Counted from the stretch's first letter, positions 18,205 through 28,581 are shown. The stretch: 64,000 nucleotides of DNA from PVC group bacterium (GCA_043804695.1 JAZDIV010000043.1:1-64000), one strand, 5' to 3'. Program-made: numbers and translations. The notes: generated by a model not told the origin, from the sequence alone.

Positions 18205-19143
18205 ATGAAAACGCCATCCAGGGGCCTGAACGGTGACGAACGCTGCCCGGTCTGCGATTCTAAAATGGTGCGGCTTCTCTACATGGGCATTGACAAGGTG
18301 GCATCGAGATACGGCTCGGACACCCGGTTTAGAGTTCGCTTGAACAAATGCAAATCGTGCGGAATGCTCTTTCTCGGGAAAGCCGATTATGACCCGGAAC
18401 GGATCCATAAAGCGTACTGGAAAATGCTCACGGAAAATTTATCCGATGATTATTCAGTCCCCACGCAACACCGGAAGTTATTACCGAAGCTGGTAAACGA
18501 CTACCGGAAAACAAATCGGCTTTTCGAGATCGGCTGCGGAGACGCTACTCTTTTACGCACATTCCAGGCATCCGGGTGGGAGGTGGAAGGGATCGATATT
18601 TCGGAGCAGGCAAGCGCTCTCGCCTGGGATAAATATGGACTGAAGGTACTGTGCGGACAGCTTGATGAAAAAACAGCCCGGCAACTGGGAGACCATTCAT
18701 TCGATGTCGTGGTTATGTGGGGCCTGATTGAACATCTCCCTGACCCGCGGAAGATGCTGCAGCTATCGCGGTTGCTATTGAGGAAGGGGGGCGCTCTTAT
18801 TATCTACACCACGAATGCCAAAAGCATATTCTATCGCCTGGCCCGTATCTCTTATTATTTGTCACTGAAACAATTTTCTTTTCTCATGGAGCGGGTTATT
18901 ATCGCGATGCATTATCTGTATTTTTCGAGAGAAACGATGCGCTATTTCCTTCAGAGCGGTGATCTCAAAGTAAGAGAGATCATTATGACGGACATCGATC
19001 TGGATTTCATCTTTAAGGCACACGGTCATCTCTGGTGGTCTAACCGGTTCTTTCTGGTCCTGACCCATATTGTTCAACAAATCGGGACTCTGGGCAACAT
19101 GAGCAGTCATATGATAGCCCTGGCGGAGGCAAGTTCAACCTGA
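18205..19143 (+). CDS. Class I SAM methyltransferase with N-terminal Cys4 zinc-binding motif
   Basis: CPVC..CKSC; LFEIGCGDA; FDVVVMWGLIEHLPDP. Confidence 0.85.
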   Translation: MKTPSRGLNGDERCPVCDSKMVRLLYMGIDKVASRYGSDTRFRVRLNKCKSCGMLFLGKADYDPERIHKAYWKMLTENLSDDYSVPTQHRKLLPKLVNDYRKTNRLFEIGCGDATLLRTFQASGWEVEGIDISEQASALAWDKYGLKVLCGQLDEKTARQLGDHSFDVVVMWGLIEHLPDPRKMLQLSRLLLRKGGALIIYTTNAKSIFYRLARISYYLSLKQFSFLMERVIIAMHYLYFSRETMRYFLQSGDLKVREIIMTDIDLDFIFKAHGHLWWSNRFFLVLTHIVQQIGTLGNMSSHMIALAEASST

Positions 19144-19178
19144 TCGGCAACTGCCTATTCTACAATCATCGCTTCTTT

Positions 19179-20072
19179 ATGACGGCACCAAATGCAATCT
19201 GTCCGATCTGCAGTTCCCAGATCGTCTCTCCCTATTACCGGAGGAACCGGGAATTCCCGGTAAAAAGCTTCACTCCTTCGGTCAGTGACTTCGGGATTTT
19301 TTACAACCTCCACCGTTGTGACGGCTGTCACACGGTTTTCGCCTCTGAGATGCCATCCGCACAGGAACTGGCAAACGTTTACCAATCCTCCCACCCTGAT
19401 GGATATCTTCTGGAAAAAAAGAACCGGCAGCGGAATTTCCAGCGCCTGATCAAGACGTTAGCCAAATACGTAGACCATAATAAGCAGGTAAAGTTGCTGG
19501 ATGTGGGGGCTTCCATCGGGCTGTTTCTGGAGACGGTCCATGTCATATTCCCCCACTGGGAACTCCTCGGAGTCGAGGCAAGCTCAACGGCCACTGAAAT
19601 GGCCGCGCGGCGGTACGGGATCAAACTCATCCAGGGGATGTTCGAAACCATCGACCTCTTGCCGGATAATCAGGACATCATCACCATGCTGGATCTGATC
19701 GAACACGTCCGCTCGCCGCTCGAAGTAATCTGCCAGGCAAACCGGCTCCTAAAATCCGGGGGGATTCTAGTGATCAGCACCCCCAACATCGAAAGTTGGA
19801 CGTCACGTCTCTTCCGGAGCCACTGGTGGGGCTTCCGGTGCATGCACACGCTTTATTTTTCGCCCTTGAGCATGAAACAGATGCTTGCCAAAGGGGGATT
19901 CCGGGTAATTACGATGCGAGGCCTGATCCGTTTATTCACTCTCCGGTACTGTCTCCGCCACCTGGGATGGCCCATCCAGGGGCCGTCCATCAGCATCCCT
20001 TTTCCTCTTTCCCTGGGAGACATGCTGGTGATCGCCCGCAAGGAGAGCTCGGTCTTCCCTCAAACAGTCTGA
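19179..20072 (+). CDS. Class I SAM methyltransferase with N-terminal Cys4 motif
   Basis: CPIC..CDGC; LLDVGASIG; DIITMLDLIEHV; STPN. Confidence 0.85.
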   Translation: MTAPNAICPICSSQIVSPYYRRNREFPVKSFTPSVSDFGIFYNLHRCDGCHTVFASEMPSAQELANVYQSSHPDGYLLEKKNRQRNFQRLIKTLAKYVDHNKQVKLLDVGASIGLFLETVHVIFPHWELLGVEASSTATEMAARRYGIKLIQGMFETIDLLPDNQDIITMLDLIEHVRSPLEVICQANRLLKSGGILVISTPNIESWTSRLFRSHWWGFRCMHTLYFSPLSMKQMLAKGGFRVITMRGLIRLFTLRYCLRHLGWPIQGPSISIPFPLSLGDMLVIARKESSVFPQTV

Positions 20073-20075
20073 TCC

Positions 20076-21575
20076 ATGAATACGATCCGTTTTCAACGAT
20101 TCACCGCCAGGATAGATAATTATTTCTACCAGGTAGTGTTTGCTATCTCCTTCCTCTATGTCCTGACCCTAATCTCAAATTATGATATCAACTGGACCCA
20201 TCCGGAAGTGGCAAAAATCCAGATCCCCGGGGTGGTAAAAAATGGGACAGCAATTGTCCCGGGGGATTTATTGAGGGGGTTTGACGTTTTAAGTTTCGAA
20301 TACGGTGGACGGTCCCGCTTCGTTTCCTATTTCTTCCAGACGTTCAACATCAAGATCCGTCTCCTGCTGCTCCGGTTCATCCCCCCACACCCCAGTTTTT
20401 CACTCACCTGGATATTAACCCTGATTCTCTGCCCGATCCTCTTCTTCAAACTCATCCATGACCTGAGCGGCGACCGCACTACCGCGTGGGCCGGCGCATC
20501 CCTGTTCCTGCTTTCCACGGGAACGTTATCCGGAATAACCATGTTTTTTCACCCGGCGAAACCACTGGCCCTTTTTTTCACTCTTTTATGCTGCTACCTG
20601 GGTTCCAGACTCAGCCAGTATGCGCAACGCGAGGAGTATTTCTCGAAAAGATATATCCTGCTTCTGATCATCCTGCTCGGCACTATGTTCGCAGCCTGTT
20701 TTACAGACGAGGCGGCCTGGTACATCTTCATCTGCGTACCGATCCTGGCTCCCGGGATGTTCCGGAACAAGCGGTGGGGACTGTTGACAATCGGGCTCTG
20801 CTTTTCGATGTTTATCATATTTTTTCTCTTCGTTACCTACCTGGTACCGATCATTACGAAACAGCTTTTCGGACAGAATTCTTTCAACTTCTGGCGGATG
20901 GCTTTGATCAAGGGAGACAGGTCGGTGTGGGATAATTACAGGTTAACAAACACATTTATCAACGCCTGGTATATTATTATAAGCCAGCTGGTGCCGCCCG
21001 GGAAATTTTTCAGCCACAACATACCCATCAGAACTCTCTATTTATTCGTGCTCTCGACATACCTGGTTTGCGCCTTCATTGGATTATCCTCCGATAGAAA
21101 GAAAACAGTGCTGCGAGGGTTGGTCGCCCTGGTGCTCTTTTTCATCTTTCAATCGCTGATCCTGGCGAAAAGGGGGAAAGGGCTCATTGATAGTTCTTTT
21201 TACTACGGGAACTTGACCTCCATCTTCTTAATCCTGCCGCTGGCAATACTGCTTTCGGCGGGAAAAGAGCCTTTAAAAACTCTCAATAAAATTGTCCTCA
21301 TAACCCTCCTCTTAATCTATTCTTATAACTTCACGGGTATCAATTATCGCTGGATGCGGAATCATGAAGGACAACGGGGCTATGGTTATCGAAAATACTT
21401 TCCCGAAGAAGCGAAAAAGATGGGAAGGAATAAATTAACTTATCCCCTGGTAAAAATGGCCTGGGAGAAACGCCATGACCGGGAAGCTCTGGAGGAGATG
21501 AAGCCCCTCTTCCCTCTGAAAGCCCACTGGCTCTTCCTCGAACTGAACTGTGTCTATAATCCCGGAGATGATTAA
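20076..21575 (+). CDS. Polytopic membrane protein, possible GT-C glycosyltransferase
   Basis: Multiple hydrophobic segments, a loop after TM1, TDE motif; co-oriented with two methyltransferases. Confidence 0.5.
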   Translation: MNTIRFQRFTARIDNYFYQVVFAISFLYVLTLISNYDINWTHPEVAKIQIPGVVKNGTAIVPGDLLRGFDVLSFEYGGRSRFVSYFFQTFNIKIRLLLLRFIPPHPSFSLTWILTLILCPILFFKLIHDLSGDRTTAWAGASLFLLSTGTLSGITMFFHPAKPLALFFTLLCCYLGSRLSQYAQREEYFSKRYILLLIILLGTMFAACFTDEAAWYIFICVPILAPGMFRNKRWGLLTIGLCFSMFIIFFLFVTYLVPIITKQLFGQNSFNFWRMALIKGDRSVWDNYRLTNTFINAWYIIISQLVPPGKFFSHNIPIRTLYLFVLSTYLVCAFIGLSSDRKKTVLRGLVALVLFFIFQSLILAKRGKGLIDSSFYYGNLTSIFLILPLAILLSAGKEPLKTLNKIVLITLLLIYSYNFTGINYRWMRNHEGQRGYGYRKYFPEEAKKMGRNKLTYPLVKMAWEKRHDREALEEMKPLFPLKAHWLFLELNCVYNPGDD

Positions 21576-21897
21576 TCAAGGGAGATGCGGAGGGCGAAGG
21601 GAGAACACCAGCCAGGATTCAGTAGCCGGGCCATTACCCTGCCTGCCTGATCGAACGGATCACCGGTTCCCGGAAGAGATAAAAAAATTCTCTTCGCCAG
21701 CAGGTGGGGCATGGGCTCTAAAAAGCAACCGATTGTTTTTACGAATACATGTCTTATTCGCAAAATGTGTCACAACGAAATAACAATACTTACAATCACG
21801 AAGAACACCCCCGTAGGGCAACCGTACGGGGGTGATCTTCGTGGTGAATAATTTCGTTATTTCTAATAAAGTTTTTAAAAAATTTTTAGAGTAAGGT

Positions 21898-23490
21898 CTA
21901 ATTATCCGAACTAAGACTTCCCGCGCGGTCCCAGTATCGAGATGGGATATTCCTTTGCGGAAGAACGGACGGATCCATCTGATTTTTAAGCCGGTAATTA
22001 AGCGTCTCCCCGTCCGCCACCCAGGCGGCATCCCCGATAAAGGGCGTGAAGCTGAATATCTCTTCCCGGGAGAAAATCCACTGGTAGGTTCCCCGGAAGA
22101 ACCGGCCCATATCTTCGTTCCAGCAGAGAGACGGAAGATAGGACGGGATCCCGTCCGGCATCGCCAGCGGTTGCTGCGGGGAAATCTCTCCCCGCTTGAT
22201 CCCCCCCTGGATCCGCCCCAGGAGCGTCTTCAGGGGGGTCATCTCAGTATCAATCAGGTTCACTGCCCCCCGGACCGCGATGACATTGAAGACAACGGCC
22301 AGGATCAGCAATAAACTGATCCCCCTTCTCACCGGACCGGACCGGACCAGTCGATCGACGGCCAACGCGCCCATCAGGACCAGGAAGGCGTTGGCGATAT
22401 ACTGGTAACGGAACTGGAGGAAGAGATCAGTGAAGTTTTCGGTGGTGGAACGGCCGAGCGCGAGGACGAAGAAACCGGCCGCGTACAGGAAGAAAAGCAA
22501 TCCCAGGCCGGCGGGGATCTTCCGGCGCGGTCTCCGGAAGGAAGCAATCAGGACGAATAGGACAAGCGAGACCGACCCGGTCGCGGTGACGACCGTCCGC
22601 AGGAGGCCCGGGCTCCAGGCGGCGGCCGGGCCGCCCATCTCGATGTTATGGGTCACCCGCAGAGGCAAGGCCAAGAAAGGAAGCAGGTTGATCAAAATCC
22701 CGTTATAGAGGAGGTTGAAGAAGACCGAGCAGAGGCTGAGGAAGACGTCCCCGGCGCCGGGAGCGGAGAGGGAGCCTGATGTGTGGGGAGCGGTCCGGGT
22801 GACGAGAAAGACCAGCAGATACATCCAGTAAACCGCTGCGGTCATCAGCACCGCCGGGCGGCGGCGACCGGCAATCCGTCTCATTGAAATCAGGAGGAGA
22901 CCGAGCGGCCAGAGAAGAAAGAGTTCCAGACAGAGGAGAGAGAAGAGAAACAGGAAGCCGATGGGAACGAGGAGCAGCTTGTTTCCGCCGTCACTGTACC
23001 GGAGATAAATGATGATCCCGAAAAGAAAGGCAGAGAAACTGAGCGGCATCGTGACATGAAAGGTCCAGGTGACAATATCGGCATGAGTGAAGAGAACGGC
23101 GAAGAGGGAGAGAAAGAGAGCCAGGGTACCCGTTCCGATGCCAAGCCGCTTTCCCAGCAGATAAAGAAGAACAATGCTCAGGAAATAACCGGCGAAGTTC
23201 ACCAGGTGATAGGGGAGAAAATCCGCTCCGAAAAGGCGGTGTTCCAGGTAGAGGACCGGGTGGGCGACGGGGCGGAAGGTGCCGTCCCGCCAGGGATCGT
23301 GGTTAACGACAAATGAGAAACCAGGGGGACCGGGAGAGGCGTCAACCAGGTGGAAGGCAAAGAGCGCCGACCACCAGTCGCTCCGGGGAGGGTTCGTAAA
23401 GGAGGGGGCGAAGATGATGATGAGAACGGCCAGAAGAAGCGCGAAGTACCCCGCGATCTTCTCTCGGGCCATATATTCATCAGCTCTCAT
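21898..23490 (-). CDS. Polytopic membrane protein, putative GT-C (family A)
   Basis: NPPRSDWW..NHDPW..GTFRP, QFRYQY, LCWN..GTYQWIFS shared with 23862..25388 and 54173..55861. Confidence 0.6.
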   Translation of the reverse strand: MRADEYMAREKIAGYFALLLAVLIIIFAPSFTNPPRSDWWSALFAFHLVDASPGPPGFSFVVNHDPWRDGTFRPVAHPVLYLEHRLFGADFLPYHLVNFAGYFLSIVLLYLLGKRLGIGTGTLALFLSLFAVLFTHADIVTWTFHVTMPLSFSAFLFGIIIYLRYSDGGNKLLLVPIGFLFLFSLLCLELFLLWPLGLLLISMRRIAGRRRPAVLMTAAVYWMYLLVFLVTRTAPHTSGSLSAPGAGDVFLSLCSVFFNLLYNGILINLLPFLALPLRVTHNIEMGGPAAAWSPGLLRTVVTATGSVSLVLFVLIASFRRPRRKIPAGLGLLFFLYAAGFFVLALGRSTTENFTDLFLQFRYQYIANAFLVLMGALAVDRLVRSGPVRRGISLLLILAVVFNVIAVRGAVNLIDTEMTPLKTLLGRIQGGIKRGEISPQQPLAMPDGIPSYLPSLCWNEDMGRFFRGTYQWIFSREEIFSFTPFIGDAAWVADGETLNYRLKNQMDPSVLPQRNIPSRYWDRAGSLSSDN

Positions 23491-23861
23491 ATCCTGCTCC
23501 CATCCTTTTTCATAAACATATGCTCCTCGCTTAAGTGAGAAATTAGCGTTTCGCGCTGTCTTCCGTGGGAGGGGTTTTCAACCCCGATTCTGCCCACCCC
23601 AGGAATCGGGCTTAAAAAGCCCTCCCACAGAAACTCATTGTCCCGATTCCTTATTCAAAATGTTCATTACCGTGCTCCCGATATATAAAGAGGAAATCCC
23701 CCAGCAGTGAGATATTCATTAAAACAGGTTTTTCCCAGCACTCCATCATTCCAATACCCCAGTTCCGCCGTCGTAGTCATGGGCTACTATGGCGAAGGCG
23801 GCTAGTCCATATTACATCAGCCCATAATTATGCATACCCCTGATTCTACTGATCCACCCCC

Positions 23862-25388
23862 TCATCGTTTTACATACACACCCTCATTCAGGTCCATTGT
23901 CCAGTAAGCATCTCCCTGGCGCCGGCTGAAACAGGCCAGTTCCGCCGGCGAGAAGAGCCACTGGTAGGTGCCCCAGATCCTACTCCCCATCCCCCGGTTC
24001 CAGCAAAGACGGGGGAACGAGGTGGCAAATCCGTCAGGGAGATAGAGACGACGTTCGGGGGTGATCTCGCCGCGGTCCATCCCGGTCCGGATGTTCTGTA
24101 AAAGCTCCTTCAGCGGGGCGAGACATTTGGTGACATTCTCGACGTGGCGGTGGGTATAGTAGCCGTTGACGAAAAAAACGGCCAGCAGGATGGCGAACAG
24201 GACCGCCCTCCCCTTCCGGGCGGGCCGGAGGAGAGCGGAGACGACAATCGCCGCCAGGAGTACGAGGAGGGCGTTGGGGATGAGCTGGTAGCGGAACTGG
24301 CGGAGGATGTGGCTGAAGTCACTGGTGATCGAACGGGCGGCCACCAGCAGTGAGAAGTTGCTGAGATAGAGAAAACCGAGAAAGGCGGCGGCCGCCAGGG
24401 CCCTCCATTCTTTCCTCCGGACGAGGAGGAAGACCAGCAGTCCGGCCAGGAGCAGGACAACGGCAGCGGCAGCGTACGCCAGCGGAACCAGCCAGGGCGG
24501 CTTTCCGAGGGGGATCACTCCCAACATTTCACTGTATCCCCGGTAGCGGCCGGGATAAGCGAGAGCGGGAATGGCATTGACCCCGATACCCGTATAGAGA
24601 AGGTTGAAGAGGGAGAAGACCGCCCCGGTCAGGAAGGATATCATTGAGGGTGATGACAGCTCGCCGGGGAGGTGAGAGGCGGACCGCGTGAGCAGGAAAA
24701 CCGTTCCGTAAAGAAGATACAGGACTCCGAGCAGGAAAACGGTGGAACGGATGGGCCGCCGGGGCCGGCCAGCCGGCCGGCGGGTAAAGAGCAGGATCAG
24801 GACCGCCAGGGGCCAGCAGCAGAACGTCTCGTAGCAGAGCAGGGAAAGAAAAAAAAGCAGGCCAGCGGGGAAGAGAAGGAGCGTCTTCCCTCCCTCCAGG
24901 TAACGGATGTAGAGCAGGAAGGCCCCGATGAAACCGGCGAAGCCGGCCACGAGGAAAATGTGAAAGGTCAACGACAGGACGTCGCAGTGGGAGTAGAGCA
25001 CGGCCCAGACGGCCAGGAATCCCCCCAGTTCCAGCCCCCGGGCGCCCAGCCGCCGTCCCAGGCGGAAGAGGAGGATCAGGAGGAGACAGTAACAGGCAAA
25101 ATCGGCGAGATGATTGAAGATGAACCGGCCCCCGAAGGCCAGGTGCTCGAGATAGAGGAGGGTGTAGGAGAGAGGCCGGAACGTGCCGTGCTGCCAGGGG
25201 TCGTGGTTGACGACGTAGGGCCAGACCGGGAGGTCCGGGTCGGCCCGGACCTGGTGAAAGGTGAAGAACGCCTCCCAGTAGTCCACGTGAGGCGGGTTGG
25301 AGAACGTGGGCAGGATGAGGATCCCGAGGAAGAGAAAAAGGAGAGCGAAGCCGGTTACTGACGCGAGGCGCTTTCTCATGGCGACCAC
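23862..25388 (-). CDS. Polytopic membrane protein, putative GT-C (family A)
   Basis: NPPHVDYW..NHDPWQHGTFRP, QFRYQ, LCWN..GTYQWLFS. Confidence 0.6.
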   Translation of the reverse strand: MVAMRKRLASVTGFALLFLFLGILILPTFSNPPHVDYWEAFFTFHQVRADPDLPVWPYVVNHDPWQHGTFRPLSYTLLYLEHLAFGGRFIFNHLADFACYCLLLILLFRLGRRLGARGLELGGFLAVWAVLYSHCDVLSLTFHIFLVAGFAGFIGAFLLYIRYLEGGKTLLLFPAGLLFFLSLLCYETFCCWPLAVLILLFTRRPAGRPRRPIRSTVFLLGVLYLLYGTVFLLTRSASHLPGELSSPSMISFLTGAVFSLFNLLYTGIGVNAIPALAYPGRYRGYSEMLGVIPLGKPPWLVPLAYAAAAVVLLLAGLLVFLLVRRKEWRALAAAAFLGFLYLSNFSLLVAARSITSDFSHILRQFRYQLIPNALLVLLAAIVVSALLRPARKGRAVLFAILLAVFFVNGYYTHRHVENVTKCLAPLKELLQNIRTGMDRGEITPERRLYLPDGFATSFPRLCWNRGMGSRIWGTYQWLFSPAELACFSRRQGDAYWTMDLNEGVYVKR

Positions 25389-27388
25389 CCTCCTCCCCCC
25401 CTGTCCGGAGGAGCGGCATCAGGAGAGACTGCCAGCAGATAATACCAGTAAGGCATCCGGTCCCAAAGATGGGCGAGTCGCCCCAGCGCCGGGGGAACCG
25501 GGATATCCGGGTTCCAGACCACGTACCTGATCCCGCGCTCGCGGATAAACCGGGAGAGTTTCCCGGGATCGGCCGCCGTCGCCCGGCTCAGAAAATAGAT
25601 CGGCCGGACGCCGAAGGCGGCCCCCTGGGTGAGGTGGCCCACAATCTGCTTCTGCTCCGGGAAGCTGTCCAGTTCCCCCAGGGCGACCGGCTCCCGGTTG
25701 TCAAAAACCACCCGGAAGAGGCTTCCCTTCAGCTCCGGGAGATAGTACCCCGGGGGATAGGGCTCACGGGCCGCCCGGAGGAGATGAGACGCGTGAAAAG
25801 AACCCTCCCTGGCCCCCTGGCGGGCGAGGGATATCCTCTTCACGTTGTATGAGAAACTGTACAGCCCCTCGGCCAGGAAGACGATGAGCACAGCCAGAAC
25901 CCATAATCGTCCCAGCCGCCGACGCGCGGTCGAGGGTGCCCGCCAGACCTTTTCCGCGGCCAGGGCAAAAGCGGGGAGGCCGATCCCGTAAAGCCAGATG
26001 ACATACCGCGCCTTGTGATTGTGCCGGGGGGGCATGGCGAAAAAAATAATCACCCCCATGACCAGGATGCCGACCCAGGCGGCGCCGGTCCCCGGTGAGA
26101 GTCCGGCCGGCCGACGGCGGATGATTACCGCCAGGAGCCAGACCAGGGCAGGGACGCAGCCGAAGAGCCAGAGGAGGCCGAGTCCGCCCGAGTTATGCGA
26201 GACCTCCGTCATCGCCAGGTGCCACTCTCCCGGGCAATCCAACCAGCTGTAGAACAACCGGAAAAGCTGGGGCCAGTGCTTGGTGAGGGGGGTGTCGGGC
26301 GGAGGGAACTGGGAGGGGATCGCCACCCCCGGGAAGACCTCTTTGTCCGCCAGCCGCAGGCCGATCGGGTAGAGGGGGCTGCCGGTGTGGATATAGTTCC
26401 GCAGGTACCAGTACCCTCCCACCAGGAGCGCGATCAACACCATCAGGACGATAAAGACCACTCCCCGTCGGGCACCCGCCCGGAAGGATCGCACTGCCCG
26501 GTACCAGTACACCACGAGAAGAACCGGCAGCAGCGGAAGAAGAACGACCGCGGTCCCCTTGGCGCTGAGGGAAAGACCGATAGCGCAGCCCAGGGCCGGC
26601 AAGAATTTCAGCGGATCGTGCCCGGTTTCGAGGGAGCGGATGGTGAAGGCCGCGGCCGCGAAGAGGGCGATGTAGAAAGAGGCCACCGAGGCGTCGATGT
26701 AGAGGTTGAACGCGTGCCCGATGACGGTGGGGATGAAGAGAAAGAGGATGCCGCCCAGGATGGCGGAGAGCCGGCCGGCGCCGAGAAAGCGGGTCAGGGC
26801 ACTGATCCCCAGGCACCCGAGGGGAACAATCGTGAGATTGAGGCCGTTGAGAAGGCGGCTGACCGGGACCGCCCGGAGGAAGAGAAAACCGATGCACTCA
26901 ACCCCTTTCATGTACCCGTTCCATGAGTACCTGATGAGATCGTTCCAGAACGGCTCCGAGTCGGCGGTGATCCAGTGGATCCGGCCTTTCAGCGCCCAGA
27001 AATGGAGTGTGGGATTATGATACCAGAGCCCGTCGTTCTCGGCGTCCGGGAGGATATAGGCGACCGCCCAGAGAAGAAGATAAAAAAAAAGCCCCGCCCC
27101 CAGCAACCAGCCCTCCCCGGTGGTTAACCTGACTCCGGATTGGCGACCGCCCGGCGGCTGCAGCCGCCGGCGGTAAAAAATACCGGCCACGGCCGAGGCG
27201 GCGATAATGGTCCAGGCGATTGGTACGGACACGGGTATCCCCACCTGGCTGAAAGCGAGGGTGAGAATCGCGGCGCTCCCATAGGCAAGCAGGGCCCCCG
27301 AGAGGATGGAGAATACCTCTCCCCCGGCTTCCGGCGTGAGCCGAAAGCCGGGAGCGGGCCAAGCGTGTACTTGCCGATCGGTTGCCAT
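25376..27388 (-). CDS. Polytopic membrane protein, putative GT-C (family B)
   Basis: PDAENDGLWYHNP, WNGYMKGVE, SAKG, RNY..TGSPLYP, HNHKARY. Confidence 0.65.
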   Translation of the reverse strand: MATDRQVHAWPAPGFRLTPEAGGEVFSILSGALLAYGSAAILTLAFSQVGIPVSVPIAWTIIAASAVAGIFYRRRLQPPGGRQSGVRLTTGEGWLLGAGLFFYLLLWAVAYILPDAENDGLWYHNPTLHFWALKGRIHWITADSEPFWNDLIRYSWNGYMKGVECIGFLFLRAVPVSRLLNGLNLTIVPLGCLGISALTRFLGAGRLSAILGGILFLFIPTVIGHAFNLYIDASVASFYIALFAAAAFTIRSLETGHDPLKFLPALGCAIGLSLSAKGTAVVLLPLLPVLLVVYWYRAVRSFRAGARRGVVFIVLMVLIALLVGGYWYLRNYIHTGSPLYPIGLRLADKEVFPGVAIPSQFPPPDTPLTKHWPQLFRLFYSWLDCPGEWHLAMTEVSHNSGGLGLLWLFGCVPALVWLLAVIIRRRPAGLSPGTGAAWVGILVMGVIIFFAMPPRHNHKARYVIWLYGIGLPAFALAAEKVWRAPSTARRRLGRLWVLAVLIVFLAEGLYSFSYNVKRISLARQGAREGSFHASHLLRAAREPYPPGYYLPELKGSLFRVVFDNREPVALGELDSFPEQKQIVGHLTQGAAFGVRPIYFLSRATAADPGKLSRFIRERGIRYVVWNPDIPVPPALGRLAHLWDRMPYWYYLLAVSPDAAPPDRGGGGWSP

Positions 27389-27393
27389 CGGAC

Positions 27394-28581
27394 CTATGGC
27401 CGCGACGGGGCGGACGCCAACACCCCGACTTCGAACAGGGGCCCGGCCTTTTTCCCCTCCCGGTCATAAAAGAGAGCGGAAAAGGTATAGGGGACCGGCG
27501 CCACGAATAAATCCCGGGTAACCATAACGAACTCCCCCGCTGCCCAGTTCGAGGTCTCGGGATAAATGGGGAAAAACCACTCCTCGCTCCTTTTCCCGGC
27601 TTTTCTCCTGGCCTCGGACAGGTGGCCGATATCCTCCGGGGAAACCTTCCCGTAGAGGTTCATCCAATAATCGCGCTCAAGCGGCCGGTCGGTTCGGAAA
27701 AGAAGCCGGAGACGGCCGGTCTTCGGTCCGGTCCGCTCCAGTTTCGCTCCGAAGTATTCGATCCCGTCTTCGACGACGGCTTCCGGCAAAAGCGCGCCGA
27801 CAACCTCCCGGTACCGGTACTGGACTAAGTCCGCCGTGGAGCCGGAACGGGCGTGGCAAAACGAGAGCCATTCAGCCAGCCGGAAGGGATCGTCTTCAGC
27901 CCGGATCTCATCCGCCCTGACCGGTATCTCTTCGATCTTCCGCAGTGTCCCCAGCAGGATCTGGTTTCCGTGTCGGCCCTGGGAACTGTCCATATTTATC
28001 CGTAGCTCGTAGGGGAGATCGGGGGCGGTGATATCCTCCCGGACGACGATAAATCCCCCCTCTTTCCAGAATGTCGTCGGCGGAAGGGGGTTGAAGTGCC
28101 ACCACCGGTATCCTTTCTCCCGGTACGGTTCGGAGAGCAGGGATGGATCGGCAAGACGCCCTTCGATGGTAATACCGTAATCATCTTCCAGTTTTTCCAT
28201 AACGCGGAAAAGGAGATAGATGCGGTACCGCTCCTTTCCTATCTTCTCGAAGTCAAACGCCCACAGATCCAGCTCGTTGGATAACTTGCCGATCCTGCTC
28301 CCCTTTCCCTCGATCTTCCCGGCCAGAAGTTCCCACTTCCGGTTGAGCGCCTCTTCCACCACCGCTGATTTTTTCAGGGCGACGGCATAGTTGGCCCGGG
28401 TTTCGTTGAGTGTAATCAAATCATCGGCCGCCTCGATCTCCCGCAGATACGCCTGTTCATCGTAAATCATGGGAGGGAAGGAATATTCATCCCGCTCCGG
28501 CGAACACCCCCCGGCCGATAGAAGAAGCATGATCGTGCCGGATATATAAGCAAATTTCCTGAAAATTTTTACCTCTGTCAC
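27394..28581 (-). CDS. Lipoprotein with two tandem beta-sandwich-like repeats (paralog of 43066..44301)
   Basis: AAGGAG RBS, lipobox LSAGGC; repeat W.F.P.P.T..W..G.F.....I.....PY occurs twice. Confidence 0.6.
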   Translation of the reverse strand: MTEVKIFRKFAYISGTIMLLLSAGGCSPERDEYSFPPMIYDEQAYLREIEAADDLITLNETRANYAVALKKSAVVEEALNRKWELLAGKIEGKGSRIGKLSNELDLWAFDFEKIGKERYRIYLLFRVMEKLEDDYGITIEGRLADPSLLSEPYREKGYRWWHFNPLPPTTFWKEGGFIVVREDITAPDLPYELRINMDSSQGRHGNQILLGTLRKIEEIPVRADEIRAEDDPFRLAEWLSFCHARSGSTADLVQYRYREVVGALLPEAVVEDGIEYFGAKLERTGPKTGRLRLLFRTDRPLERDYWMNLYGKVSPEDIGHLSEARRKAGKRSEEWFFPIYPETSNWAAGEFVMVTRDLFVAPVPYTFSALFYDREGKKAGPLFEVGVLASAPSRP

